Part shown: piece by piece, positions 25,489-34,167 of the stretch | Layout: the number at the start of each line of letters is the position of its first letter | Position numbering within the stretch: position 1 is the stretch's first letter | Source of the DNA: Chitinophaga pinensis | Lineage (GTDB): Bacteria > Bacteroidota > Bacteroidia > Chitinophagales > LD1 | Direction of reading: 5' to 3' | NCBI GenBank assembly: GCA_945867505.1 | Contig: CAMBIM010000001.1 | Span: forward strand, 1 to 57,375 | DNA: 57,375 bases | Translations under genes and position numbers: made by a program | Notes under the pieces: model-generated | Told to the model about the DNA's origin: nothing | What the model saw: only the letters and a program-made list of their open reading frames with translations | The model's database searches: none

Positions 25489-26517
25489 ATGGCTTTGTTT
25501 AATTTTTTAACTCAGGAGATTGCCATTGACCTTGGCACCGCGAATACGCTTATTATTCATAACGATAAAGTTGTAGTTGACCAGCCTTCGATAGTTGCTA
25601 TTGACCGCAGAACCGATAAGGTGATTGCGGTGGGTATGCGCGCTATGCAGATGCACGAGAAAACGCACGAGAATATTAAAACGGTGCGACCGCTGCGCGA
25701 TGGTGTAATTGCGGATTTTAAAGCGGCAGAAAGTATGATTCGCGAAATGATTGCGATGATTTATGGTGATAAGAAACCGCTTTTTCCGCCACGTTATAAA
25801 ATGGTTATTTGTATTCCTTCGGGAATTACAGAAGTAGAAAAACGCGCGGTAAAAGATTCTGCCGAACAGGCAGGTGGACAGGATGTAAAAATGATTCACG
25901 AGCCGATGGCTGCTGCTATTGGAATTGGTATTGATGTAGAAGAGCCGAACGGAAACATGATTATTGATATTGGCGGAGGAACAACAGAGATTGCAGTGAT
26001 TGCGCTTTCGGGTATTGTGTGCGACCAGAGTATACGAGTAGCCGGTGATGAGTTTACGTTGGATATTGTTGATTATATGCGCAGACAACACAACATGTTG
26101 ATTGGTGAGAGAACTGCGGAAATGATTAAGATAAATGTTGGTTCTGCGTTGACGGATATTGATTCTCCACCGGATGATTATCCGGTGAACGGAAGAGATT
26201 TGATGACTGGTATACCTAAACAGATTATTGTTTCGTATTCGGAGATCGCTCATGCTATTGATAAATCGATTTCGAAAATTGAAGAAGCTATTTTAAAAGC
26301 ATTAGAAACAACTCCACCGGAGTTGGCTGCGGATATTTTTAAGACCGGTTTGTATTTGACCGGTGGTGGTGCCTTGCTACGCGGTTTGGATAAACGCATT
26401 AGCCAGAAAACAAAGTTACCGGTTCATGTAGCGGAAGATCCGTTGCGTGCGGTTGTTCGCGGTACCGGTATTGCCCTGAAGAACATGGATAGGTTCACTT
26501 TCTTAATGGATGACTAA
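25489..26517 (+). CDS. mreB: Rod shape-determining protein MreB
   Basis: 342 aa with an actin-like ATPase fold: IAIDLGTANT, RPLRDGVIADF, EPMAAAIG, DIGGGTTE, LTGGGALLRGLD. Confidence 0.95.
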   Translation: MALFNFLTQEIAIDLGTANTLIIHNDKVVVDQPSIVAIDRRTDKVIAVGMRAMQMHEKTHENIKTVRPLRDGVIADFKAAESMIREMIAMIYGDKKPLFPPRYKMVICIPSGITEVEKRAVKDSAEQAGGQDVKMIHEPMAAAIGIGIDVEEPNGNMIIDIGGGTTEIAVIALSGIVCDQSIRVAGDEFTLDIVDYMRRQHNMLIGERTAEMIKINVGSALTDIDSPPDDYPVNGRDLMTGIPKQIIVSYSEIAHAIDKSISKIEEAILKALETTPPELAADIFKTGLYLTGGGALLRGLDKRISQKTKLPVHVAEDPLRAVVRGTGIALKNMDRFTFLMDD

Positions 26518-26539
26518 ATTTTAATTAGCAAATGAGATG

Positions 26540-26621
26540 ATTAGCGAATTAGCGAATGAAATACAAAATACTTCTGCTGCTTTTTCCATTCGCACATTAT
26601 CAAATTCGCTAATTCGCTAAT
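26540..26621. repeat. Perfect 18-bp inverted repeat between mreB and mreC
   Basis: attagcgaattagcgaat (26540-26557) pairs with attcgctaattcgctaat (26604-26621), with a 46-nt spacer. Each arm is itself an 8-nt tandem. The right arm ends 7 nt before the mreC ATG. Confidence 0.85.
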
Positions 26622-26628
26622 TGAAGTT

Positions 26629-27468
26629 ATGTATAACCTCTTCCAGTTTTTTCTTCGTTATTATCTTCTCCTTCTTTTTCTATCGCTTGAGGTTTTCTGC
26701 TTTTATCTCATTTATCAGAACAAGCATTATAACGAAGTAACTTATTTAAATGTAGCCAACGAGACCAGCGGAAAAGTATATGCCAGTTACAAAGGCATTA
26801 ACGATTATTTTTATTTGAGAAGATTCAGCGATTCTCTGGTGGCAGAAAATGCAAAATTACGTGAAGAACTTGCTGAATCGAAATACGATACTAAAGTTGA
26901 TTCGGGTAGCATGCGTGATTCTACTTCTAAAAGTATTCAGCAATACAATTACATCAGCGCACGAGTAATTCAAAACTCGGTTAACCACGCTAAGAATTTG
27001 ATTTACCTAGATAGAGGAAAGTTACACGGTGTGCGGAAGCAAATGGGCGTAATAAATGGAAACGGAATTGTGGGGCAAGTGATAAGTGTAACGAATAATT
27101 ATTCCGCAGTGATGAGTGTTTTGAGTAAAGATTTTAAGGTGAGTGCAAAGTTTAAGAAAAATGAGTTTTTCGGCAACATGCATTGGGATGGTATTAATTC
27201 AAATACTGCCAGCATGGAAGATATTCCTAAACACGTTCTTGTTAAAGTTGGTGACACAGTTGTTACTAGTGGGTTCTCCCAATTGTTTCCCCGCAACATA
27301 ATGGTAGGCACTGTGAGCAATGTAAAAATGGAAGCGGATAAAAACTTTCTTGATATCAAGTTAAAGCTATCAACCAACTTCAATAGCTTGAGTTATGTGT
27401 ATGTGATAAACAATATGCGCAAGGAGGAAATTCAAGTGTTGGATACGCTTCTACCTAAAGCAAAATAA
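26629..27468 (+). CDS. mreC: Rod shape-determining protein MreC
   Basis: 279 aa. An N-terminal TM segment and a coiled-coil (LVAENAKLREELAE) are followed by beta-barrel domains with GIVGQVISV and VGDTVVTSGFSQLFPRNIMVGTV. Confidence 0.8.
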   Translation: MYNLFQFFLRYYLLLLFLSLEVFCFYLIYQNKHYNEVTYLNVANETSGKVYASYKGINDYFYLRRFSDSLVAENAKLREELAESKYDTKVDSGSMRDSTSKSIQQYNYISARVIQNSVNHAKNLIYLDRGKLHGVRKQMGVINGNGIVGQVISVTNNYSAVMSVLSKDFKVSAKFKKNEFFGNMHWDGINSNTASMEDIPKHVLVKVGDTVVTSGFSQLFPRNIMVGTVSNVKMEADKNFLDIKLKLSTNFNSLSYVYVINNMRKEEIQVLDTLLPKAK

Positions 27469-27477
27469 TTTGAATTT

Positions 27478-27723
27478 TTAATTCAGACTTATCTCAAAAC
27501 TTACTACCTTAGTAATAATTGTTTCTGCCGCTTGACGATAGATATTAAACGTATGGTCATTGATGGTAACTACAATAGAATTATTTGTAGAATCGTTTTC
27601 TTTCATTACTACCAAATCTCCGGGAAAGACCCCGAGTTCAAATAGTTTTTCGCAAAGTTTAGAATTGCGCATGTCTACAATAAATGCCTTCTCTCCAGGA
27701 GATAAATGATGCAGGGGCTTCAT
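27478..27723 (-). CDS. FeoA-domain protein
   Basis: 81 aa. LSPGEKAFIVDM...LFELGVFPGDLVVMKEN...IVVTINDHTF fits the FeoA SH3-like pattern. No feoB gene is adjacent. Confidence 0.65.
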   Translation of the reverse strand: MKPLHHLSPGEKAFIVDMRNSKLCEKLFELGVFPGDLVVMKENDSTNNSIVVTINDHTFNIYRQAAETIITKVVSFEISLN

Positions 27724-27893
27724 ATCAAGTGCTTAAGTTCACAGTAATTTAATACAAGGCGCAACTTTTGTCAAGAGGTGAATTAGAATCTTTCTAGTGC
27801 TTCAACCGGTGACCACCAAATTCAGGGCAATCGCACTTGTTTGCCTTGCAGGAAGGAAGCGAAGTAGCAAGCATAATTCCTGTGATAAGGAGC

Positions 27894-29036
27894 ATGAGCG
27901 CCCGCACGATATTTTTAGTTTGTTTTTGCATATTATTACAACGTTCGCACGCAAAAATAATTATACGATTGGAACCACCGAAACGAATTTTAGTTACTGT
28001 ACTCGATTGGGGTTTGGGTCACGCTACGCGTTGCATCCCGCTTATTAAAGAATTGCAAAAGCGAAACTGTGTGGTGTTTGTAGCCAGCAGCGGAAGAGCA
28101 TACGATTTGCTTAAAAGGGAATTCTTTTTAAGCATCCGCTGTTTTGAGATTGATGGTTACAACCCTATTTACCCAGATGGCGATGGCATGGTAATAAAAA
28201 TGCTGACGCAGATGCCTAAGTTTTTGAAGGTAATTTCGAAAGAGCAATTACAGGTAGAAAAAATCGTGGAACGAAACCAAATTGATCTGGTGATTTCTGA
28301 TAATCGCTATGGATGCTATAGCACTAAAGTAAAATCCATTTTTGTTTCGCATCAACTGAACATTCAAATGCCTTTGTTTTTTAAATGGATGGAAAAGCAA
28401 GTGAAGGAAAAGAATCACGATTTTATCAGAAAGTTTTCAGAGTGTTGGATTCCTGCACCTGAGGATTCATTTATTTCAAAGCTTGCTACCAACGAAGGCA
28501 ATTTGAATGTTCGATACATTGGTTACTTATCAAGATTTGAAAAGCAGAATTTGCCAAAGAAATATGATGTGTGCGCGGTTTGCTCGGGACCCGAACCACA
28601 GCGAAGTAATTTAGATGCACTGCTGACAGAACAGTTCAAGAAAAGCAAACTGCAAACCATTTTAGTTTGTGGTAAGCCGGAAATACTAAGTAAGTATTAT
28701 AAGAAAGACCAACGTTTTACCATAGCCAATTCATTAACTACCGAAGACTTAAACGAGACGATTGAACAAAGCGAAATAATTATTTCGCGTTCCGGCTACA
28801 GCACCGTGATGGATTTAGCCAAACTTGGGAAGAAAGCTATTTTTATTCCTACACCCGGGCAAACGGAGCAGATTCATCTTGCGGATGAATTGATGAAACG
28901 CGGAATTGCGTTTTCGATGAAACAAGAAGAATTTGATTTGGAAATTGCGTTAAAAGAAGCAGAAAAGTTTAGCGGTTTTGCGAACTTTGGCTTTGACGAC
29001 ACACTTTTAAAAAACGCTATTGATTCCTTAATATGA
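27894..29036 (+). CDS. Glycosyltransferase, GT28/MurG-like (GT-B fold)
   Basis: KRILVTVLDWGLGHATRCIPLIKEL is an N-terminal glycine-loop motif. The C-terminal ISRSGYSTVMDL...IFIPTPGQTEQ resembles the GT28 C-terminal domain. The start is uncertain: TTG 27837, ATG 27894 or TTG 27969. Confidence 0.65.
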   Translation: MSARTIFLVCFCILLQRSHAKIIIRLEPPKRILVTVLDWGLGHATRCIPLIKELQKRNCVVFVASSGRAYDLLKREFFLSIRCFEIDGYNPIYPDGDGMVIKMLTQMPKFLKVISKEQLQVEKIVERNQIDLVISDNRYGCYSTKVKSIFVSHQLNIQMPLFFKWMEKQVKEKNHDFIRKFSECWIPAPEDSFISKLATNEGNLNVRYIGYLSRFEKQNLPKKYDVCAVCSGPEPQRSNLDALLTEQFKKSKLQTILVCGKPEILSKYYKKDQRFTIANSLTTEDLNETIEQSEIIISRSGYSTVMDLAKLGKKAIFIPTPGQTEQIHLADELMKRGIAFSMKQEEFDLEIALKEAEKFSGFANFGFDDTLLKNAIDSLI

Positions 29037-29392
29037 AGAAGTTGATTAACAGTTTTGGCTACGCGCTTAAAGGAATGTTCTTGGTTTTAAAAGACCAGCA
29101 GAACATGCGCATACATGCAGTGGCTGTTATTGTAGTAACCGTTGCCGGACTTTTTTTGGGCTTAACTGCTATTGAGTGGAGTTTAATTGCTCTTTGTATT
29201 GGTTCTGTTATTAGTGCCGAAATGATGAATACCGCTATTGAAGCATTGGTTGATTTGGTTTCGCCACAGTTCAATGAAAAAGCAGGAAAAATAAAAGATA
29301 TTGCTGCCGGTGCTGTTTTGCTTACGGCCGTTGTTGCAACGGTGGTAGCAGTTTATATTTTCGGAAATAAAATTTTTAATCTCCTGTTATGA
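29033..29392 (+). CDS. dgkA: Diacylglycerol kinase (prokaryotic DgkA family)
   Basis: 119 aa with 3 TM segments and the motifs NSFGYALKG, EMMNTAIE and KDIAAGAV. Its ATG overlaps the stop of the glycosyltransferase gene (ATGA). Confidence 0.85.
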   Translation: MKKLINSFGYALKGMFLVLKDQQNMRIHAVAVIVVTVAGLFLGLTAIEWSLIALCIGSVISAEMMNTAIEALVDLVSPQFNEKAGKIKDIAAGAVLLTAVVATVVAVYIFGNKIFNLLL

Positions 29393-30108
29393 CGAAGAGC
29401 TTTTCTTCTCTATTCCTATTCCTTTTTTCTGTTTCGGTTTTTGCACAAACTTCTTTTGAAGGAACGCTGAATATATTTTATACCAATGAAAAGAGTGAGA
29501 GTATACTTTGCGAAATAAAAGTTAAGGGCAATGATGTTTACATTAAACAGAACGAAAACGGGAATAAAAAATATGACCGATTTGTCATCAATCTACAATC
29601 GCGCGAACTGTATACTATTTCGGCACACGATAGAAAAGTAATTATCAAATATCATATCGATTCGCTGTTGAGTTATTATGATAGAAATAATTTGAAAGAA
29701 GGATTTGTGCTTACTCCAGCCTTTGGTTTTAAAGCTACGGATAAAGCAAAAACAGATGGTGGAATTTCAATGGCGAAATATACCGGTGAAACTAATTTGA
29801 ATAAAGCCACTATTTGGGTTGGAGAATCTACAGCTCCTATCAATTCTTTAATTCCATTTTTGCAATTACTTGGTAATTGGAACGAAGCAGATGGCTTATT
29901 TAAGAATCAAATTCTTGAAGCGGAAGTAAGCAGCAAAGTGAGCAAGAAAGAATCGAAAGTAAAAGTGAGTGTAACGGCCGAAACTGTGGCGAAAGAAATG
30001 TTTGTTCTACCTAAAACTTATCTGGTAAAAGACTTTAGCAAACTGATGAACGAAGAGCGGAACAACAAAAACCTGAAAACAATTATTCAGACGTTTGCGG
30101 AGTTTTAG
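29389..30108 (+). CDS. Hypothetical secreted protein
   Basis: 239 aa with signal peptide SLFLFLFSVSVFAQ. No catalytic motif. Its start overlaps the dgkA stop. Confidence 0.5.
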   Translation: MTKSFSSLFLFLFSVSVFAQTSFEGTLNIFYTNEKSESILCEIKVKGNDVYIKQNENGNKKYDRFVINLQSRELYTISAHDRKVIIKYHIDSLLSYYDRNNLKEGFVLTPAFGFKATDKAKTDGGISMAKYTGETNLNKATIWVGESTAPINSLIPFLQLLGNWNEADGLFKNQILEAEVSSKVSKKESKVKVSVTAETVAKEMFVLPKTYLVKDFSKLMNEERNNKNLKTIIQTFAEF

Positions 30109-30713
30109 TTCTGCTCTACGGCCGTTACGCTTTCCGCTTCTTCCTCTTTAAAAAACGATTTCTGAAAAATAAGAATTAAGAAAACACCAGTGGTGATGGA
30201 AGCATCTGCCACGTTGAAGATGAATGGAAATATTTCATGCGAGCGTCCGTTCCAGGTAATTTCGGGAAGTTTTACGTGAATCATGTCTACCACTAAACCT
30301 TGTAAAAAACCGGCATATCCGTGTGGTGGAAAAACGCGGGCAACACCCATGTAGCTATCGGAAAAAATTATTCCATAAATAGTTCCATCAATCATGTTGC
30401 CAATAGCACCCGCAAGAATCATACTTGCGGCAGTAATAAAACCCCAATGTGCTTTTTGCTTTAGCAGATAATAAATAAAATACATTCCTCCACCAACTGC
30501 CACTAAACGGAATCCGCTCAAAAACAATTTACCCCAAACTCCTGGTAGCACCATACCAAAAGCCATCCCCGGATTCTCGGTAAAGTGCAAACTGAACCAA
30601 GATGTTACAGAAATTTCCTCTCCTAAAAACATGTGGGTCTTTACCCAAAACTTTGTGAATTGGTCGATGATAAGAATGGCAATTACTATTAAAAATGGTC
30701 TGTATGGTTTCAT
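30105..30713 (-). CDS. lspA: Lipoprotein signal peptidase (signal peptidase II)
   Basis: 202 aa, polytopic, with IDQFTKFWV, NPGMAFG and FNVADASITTGV motifs. It lies immediately downstream of ileS, which is the classic ileS-lspA pairing. Confidence 0.9.
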   Translation of the reverse strand: MKPYRPFLIVIAILIIDQFTKFWVKTHMFLGEEISVTSWFSLHFTENPGMAFGMVLPGVWGKLFLSGFRLVAVGGGMYFIYYLLKQKAHWGFITAASMILAGAIGNMIDGTIYGIIFSDSYMGVARVFPPHGYAGFLQGLVVDMIHVKLPEITWNGRSHEIFPFIFNVADASITTGVFLILIFQKSFFKEEEAESVTAVEQN

Positions 30714-33700
30714 TTAGTTCAGTTCTACTTTTACTTTTAAAATTTCTTCGTTCAGCTCTACTTCATCAAATTCATTCAGCGAATCAACCAGTAAAATTTC
30801 TTTTGCAAGAATTTCGTTAGCGATGTAATCTTTGAATGAAGCCAAGGTTTTTTCGAGCAATTCATTCTTTACTACTGAAACTTTTATCCTGTCGAGGACC
30901 TGAAAATCTTTGTCCTTGCGCAGGTTCTGAACTTTGTTTACAAACTCGCGCGCATTTCCTTCATGCTTTAATTCATCAGTAAGGTTTACATCTAAAGCAA
31001 CAGTAATTCCACCTTCGCAAGCAACTAACCAACCTGGAATATCTTCTGTTTGAATTTCTACATCAGCAATCAGCAATTCGAAAACTTCTCCATCCAATTG
31101 CAGATTGTATTTCTGTTCGCGTTCAATTTTAGAAATATCATCGGTAGTAAATGTAGACAACGCGTTTTGAATGGCTTTCATTTTTGTGCCTGCACGTTTG
31201 CCTAACTCTTTAAAGTTTAATTTAATTTTCTTCTTCACCACACCCGAAGCATCACTGATATATTCAATCGCTTTCACGTTCACTTCACTCAAAATATAGT
31301 TTTCGACTTTGGAAAGTTGCTGTTGCATTCTCTCATTCAATACTGGTATCAAAATTTTAGAGAGCGGCTGACGAACTTTTATTTTTTCCTTTTTGCGAAG
31401 TGATAGAATCAGTGAGCATATTTTTTGCGCCAATTCCATTCGCTCTTCTAAATCTTTATCAATTAAGTTCTCTTTCGATTTTACGAGATAAGAAAGATGC
31501 ACTGATGATTTTTCTTCGTTCAAATTTTTATAAAGCCAATCACTGAAGAACGGAGAGATAGGCGACATTAACTGCGCGACAACATTCAAACATTCATGCA
31601 AAGTTTCGTAAGCGGCTTTCTTGTCTTCGCTCATTTCGCCTTTCCAAAATCTTCTTCTGTTCAAGCGCACATACCAGTTGCTTAAATCTTCATCCACAAA
31701 TCTTTCGATAGCGCGCGCGGCTTTGGTGGCTTCGTAATCTTCAAACTGCGCAGTAACTTCCTTTACCAGCGACTGAAGTTTTGAAATTATCCAACGGTCA
31801 AGTTCAGGGCGTTGCTCTACCGGAACAATATTTTGCTCGTCAATTTTCCAATTATCAATATTGGCATACAAAGCGAAGAAGCCATAGGTATTATACAGCG
31901 TGCCGAAGTGCGAGCGCATTACATCCTGCAAGCCATTCATGTCAAACTTCATATTATCCCAAGGGTCGCTGTTGCGCATCATATACCAGCGAGTAGCATC
32001 GGCAGAATATTTTTCGAGCGTTTCAAACGGGTCGATGATATTACCCAAACGCTTACTCATTTTATTGCCTGCTTTATCCAACAACAAACCGTTGCTCACC
32101 ACATTTTTGTAAGCTACAGAATCAAACAACATTACGCCTAACACATGCAGCGTAAAAAACCAACCGCGGGTTTGATCCACTCCTTCTGCAATTAAATCAG
32201 CTGGAAAATTCTTCTTGAAAATTTCTTCGTTCTCGAAAGGATAATGCCATTGAGCATAAGGCATAGCACCGCTATCGAACCAAACGTCTATCAAATCGGC
32301 AACGCGTTTCATTGGTTTGCCGGTTGGGGAAGCCAAAACAATTTCATCAACCACCGGTTTATGTAAATCAGTTATCTCCATTGGTTTCATCAAACCAGCT
32401 TTTGCAGACTTCTCAATTTCCGATTTCAATTCAGCAATAGAGCCAATACAAATTTGTTCGCTTCCATCTTCCGTCAACCAAATTGGTAGCGGAGTTCCCC
32501 AATAACGTGAACGCGATAAATTCCAATCCACTAAATTTTCTAACCACTGACCAAAGCGACCTTCACCGGTGTGTGCAGGTTTCCAGTTGATGGTTTTATT
32601 CAATTCAATCAACCGGTCTTTTACTGCGGTGGTTTTTATAAACCAAGAATCAAGGGGATAATAGATAATTGGTTTATCGGTGCGCCAACAGTGCGGATAG
32701 TTGTGTTCGTATTTTTCATTTTTGAAAAGTTTGTTTTCCAATTTCAGTTTCAACACAATCAACTCATCAACACTCATGTGATTTTTTAAATCAGGAATAA
32801 TATTGTTGACGCGCAGAATTTCTTTTTGCAGATGAAAGTCTTTCTCTAAATCAGCATCGTTGTAATAAGCATCCTTCACAAAGCGACCTTCCAATGGAAA
32901 CTGTGGGTCGTTTACTTCATCTACAAATTTACCTTGCTTGTCAACGAGGGTAAGCGAGCCAATACCATTTTGTTTTGCCACTTTAAAATCATCCGCACCA
33001 AAACTTGGTGCAATGTGAACTATACCTGTTCCATCTGTAGTAGTTACAAAATCTCCAAGAACAACTTTGAATGCATCTCCATCCGTTGGTTGAGTGTATG
33101 GGAGAAGTTGTTCGTATTCTTCACCTTCAAAGTTTACACCCAAATAGCTGCTCAATTCCTTAAAAGGAATCTTTTTATCCCCCTTTTTGTATGCATCAAA
33201 ATCTAACTCCGCATTCTCCGAAGAAAAATACTTGCTCATCAAATCCTTTGCAAGGATTACATGAATTAGCTGATGTGTGAATGGGTTATACGTCTTAACT
33301 AAAGAGTAATTAATACTCTTCCCCACTGCAAGTGCTGTATTTGAAGGAAGCGTCCACGGAGTTGTCGTCCATGCAAGAAAGTAAACATCGCCTTCAATAT
33401 TTTTAAACTTATCTCCTTTGATTTTGAATTGCGCAATCGCACTCACATCCTTCACTTCCTTATAACATCCAGGCTGGTTTAATTCATGCGAACTTAAACC
33501 GGTGCCCGCAGCAGGAGAGTAAGGTTGGATAGTATAACCTTCATACAACAAATTTTTGTCGTAGAGTTTCTTGAGCAACGCCCACAAGCTTTCTATATAG
33601 TTGTTCTCGTAAGTGATGTATGGATTATCCATATCCACCCAATAGCCCATCTTGTCGGTAAGGTCGCGCCAGATGTCCGTGAACTTCATCACATCTTCGC

Positions 33701-34085
33701 GGCAAAGGCGGTTGTATTCGGCAACGGTTATTGTTTTTCCAATATCGGCTTTAGTAATGCCGAGTTGTTTTTCTACTCCGAGTTCCACCGGTAAGCCGTG
33801 TGTATCCCAGCCTGCTTTTCTTTCTACGCGGTAGCCCTGTAAAGTCTTAAAGCGGCAGAACAAATCTTTAATAGTGCGGCTCATTACGTGATGAATGCCG
33901 GGCTTACCATTTGCACTTGGCGGACCTTCGTAAAACACAAAGCGTTTATCATCTGGGCGGCTTGCCACGCTCTTCTTAAAAATATCGTTCTCTGTCCACC
34001 ATTTCAAAATTTCTTTTTCAATGGCCGGCATACTCAATTGGTCGAATTCGGGATAGCCCTTACTGTTTGGATTCTTGCGGTTCAT
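30714..34085 (-). CDS. ileS: Isoleucine--tRNA ligase
   Basis: 1123 aa. It carries a class I HIGH motif (PSANGKPGIHHV) and a KMSKS motif (NKMSKRLGN), and has the long Bacteroidota-type IleS architecture. Confidence 0.97.
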   Translation of the reverse strand: MNRKNPNSKGYPEFDQLSMPAIEKEILKWWTENDIFKKSVASRPDDKRFVFYEGPPSANGKPGIHHVMSRTIKDLFCRFKTLQGYRVERKAGWDTHGLPVELGVEKQLGITKADIGKTITVAEYNRLCREDVMKFTDIWRDLTDKMGYWVDMDNPYITYENNYIESLWALLKKLYDKNLLYEGYTIQPYSPAAGTGLSSHELNQPGCYKEVKDVSAIAQFKIKGDKFKNIEGDVYFLAWTTTPWTLPSNTALAVGKSINYSLVKTYNPFTHQLIHVILAKDLMSKYFSSENAELDFDAYKKGDKKIPFKELSSYLGVNFEGEEYEQLLPYTQPTDGDAFKVVLGDFVTTTDGTGIVHIAPSFGADDFKVAKQNGIGSLTLVDKQGKFVDEVNDPQFPLEGRFVKDAYYNDADLEKDFHLQKEILRVNNIIPDLKNHMSVDELIVLKLKLENKLFKNEKYEHNYPHCWRTDKPIIYYPLDSWFIKTTAVKDRLIELNKTINWKPAHTGEGRFGQWLENLVDWNLSRSRYWGTPLPIWLTEDGSEQICIGSIAELKSEIEKSAKAGLMKPMEITDLHKPVVDEIVLASPTGKPMKRVADLIDVWFDSGAMPYAQWHYPFENEEIFKKNFPADLIAEGVDQTRGWFFTLHVLGVMLFDSVAYKNVVSNGLLLDKAGNKMSKRLGNIIDPFETLEKYSADATRWYMMRNSDPWDNMKFDMNGLQDVMRSHFGTLYNTYGFFALYANIDNWKIDEQNIVPVEQRPELDRWIISKLQSLVKEVTAQFEDYEATKAARAIERFVDEDLSNWYVRLNRRRFWKGEMSEDKKAAYETLHECLNVVAQLMSPISPFFSDWLYKNLNEEKSSVHLSYLVKSKENLIDKDLEERMELAQKICSLILSLRKKEKIKVRQPLSKILIPVLNERMQQQLSKVENYILSEVNVKAIEYISDASGVVKKKIKLNFKELGKRAGTKMKAIQNALSTFTTDDISKIEREQKYNLQLDGEVFELLIADVEIQTEDIPGWLVACEGGITVALDVNLTDELKHEGNAREFVNKVQNLRKDKDFQVLDRIKVSVVKNELLEKTLASFKDYIANEILAKEILLVDSLNEFDEVELNEEILKVKVELN

Positions 34086-34167
34086 TACTTCTTAAAAATG
34101 AGGGGCGAAGATAAAAATTTACAAAGGAGATGAAGCCTGTTGCCGAAGCCAGATAGAAGCGTAGCTG

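Noticed and set aside
25507-26253. 248-aa minus-strand ORF overlapping mreB
   Set aside because: It lies entirely antisense to the highly conserved mreB gene. Its product is an N/R/H/I-rich sequence with no motifs. This is a typical shadow ORF in AT-rich coding DNA.
31781-34133. Multiple 60-110-aa plus-strand ORFs inside ileS, and similar ORFs inside recG (21621-23378), purH, lpxD, the ACAD gene and the amidase gene
   Set aside because: All are antisense or out-of-frame shadows within strongly supported conserved genes, and none has a recognisable motif.
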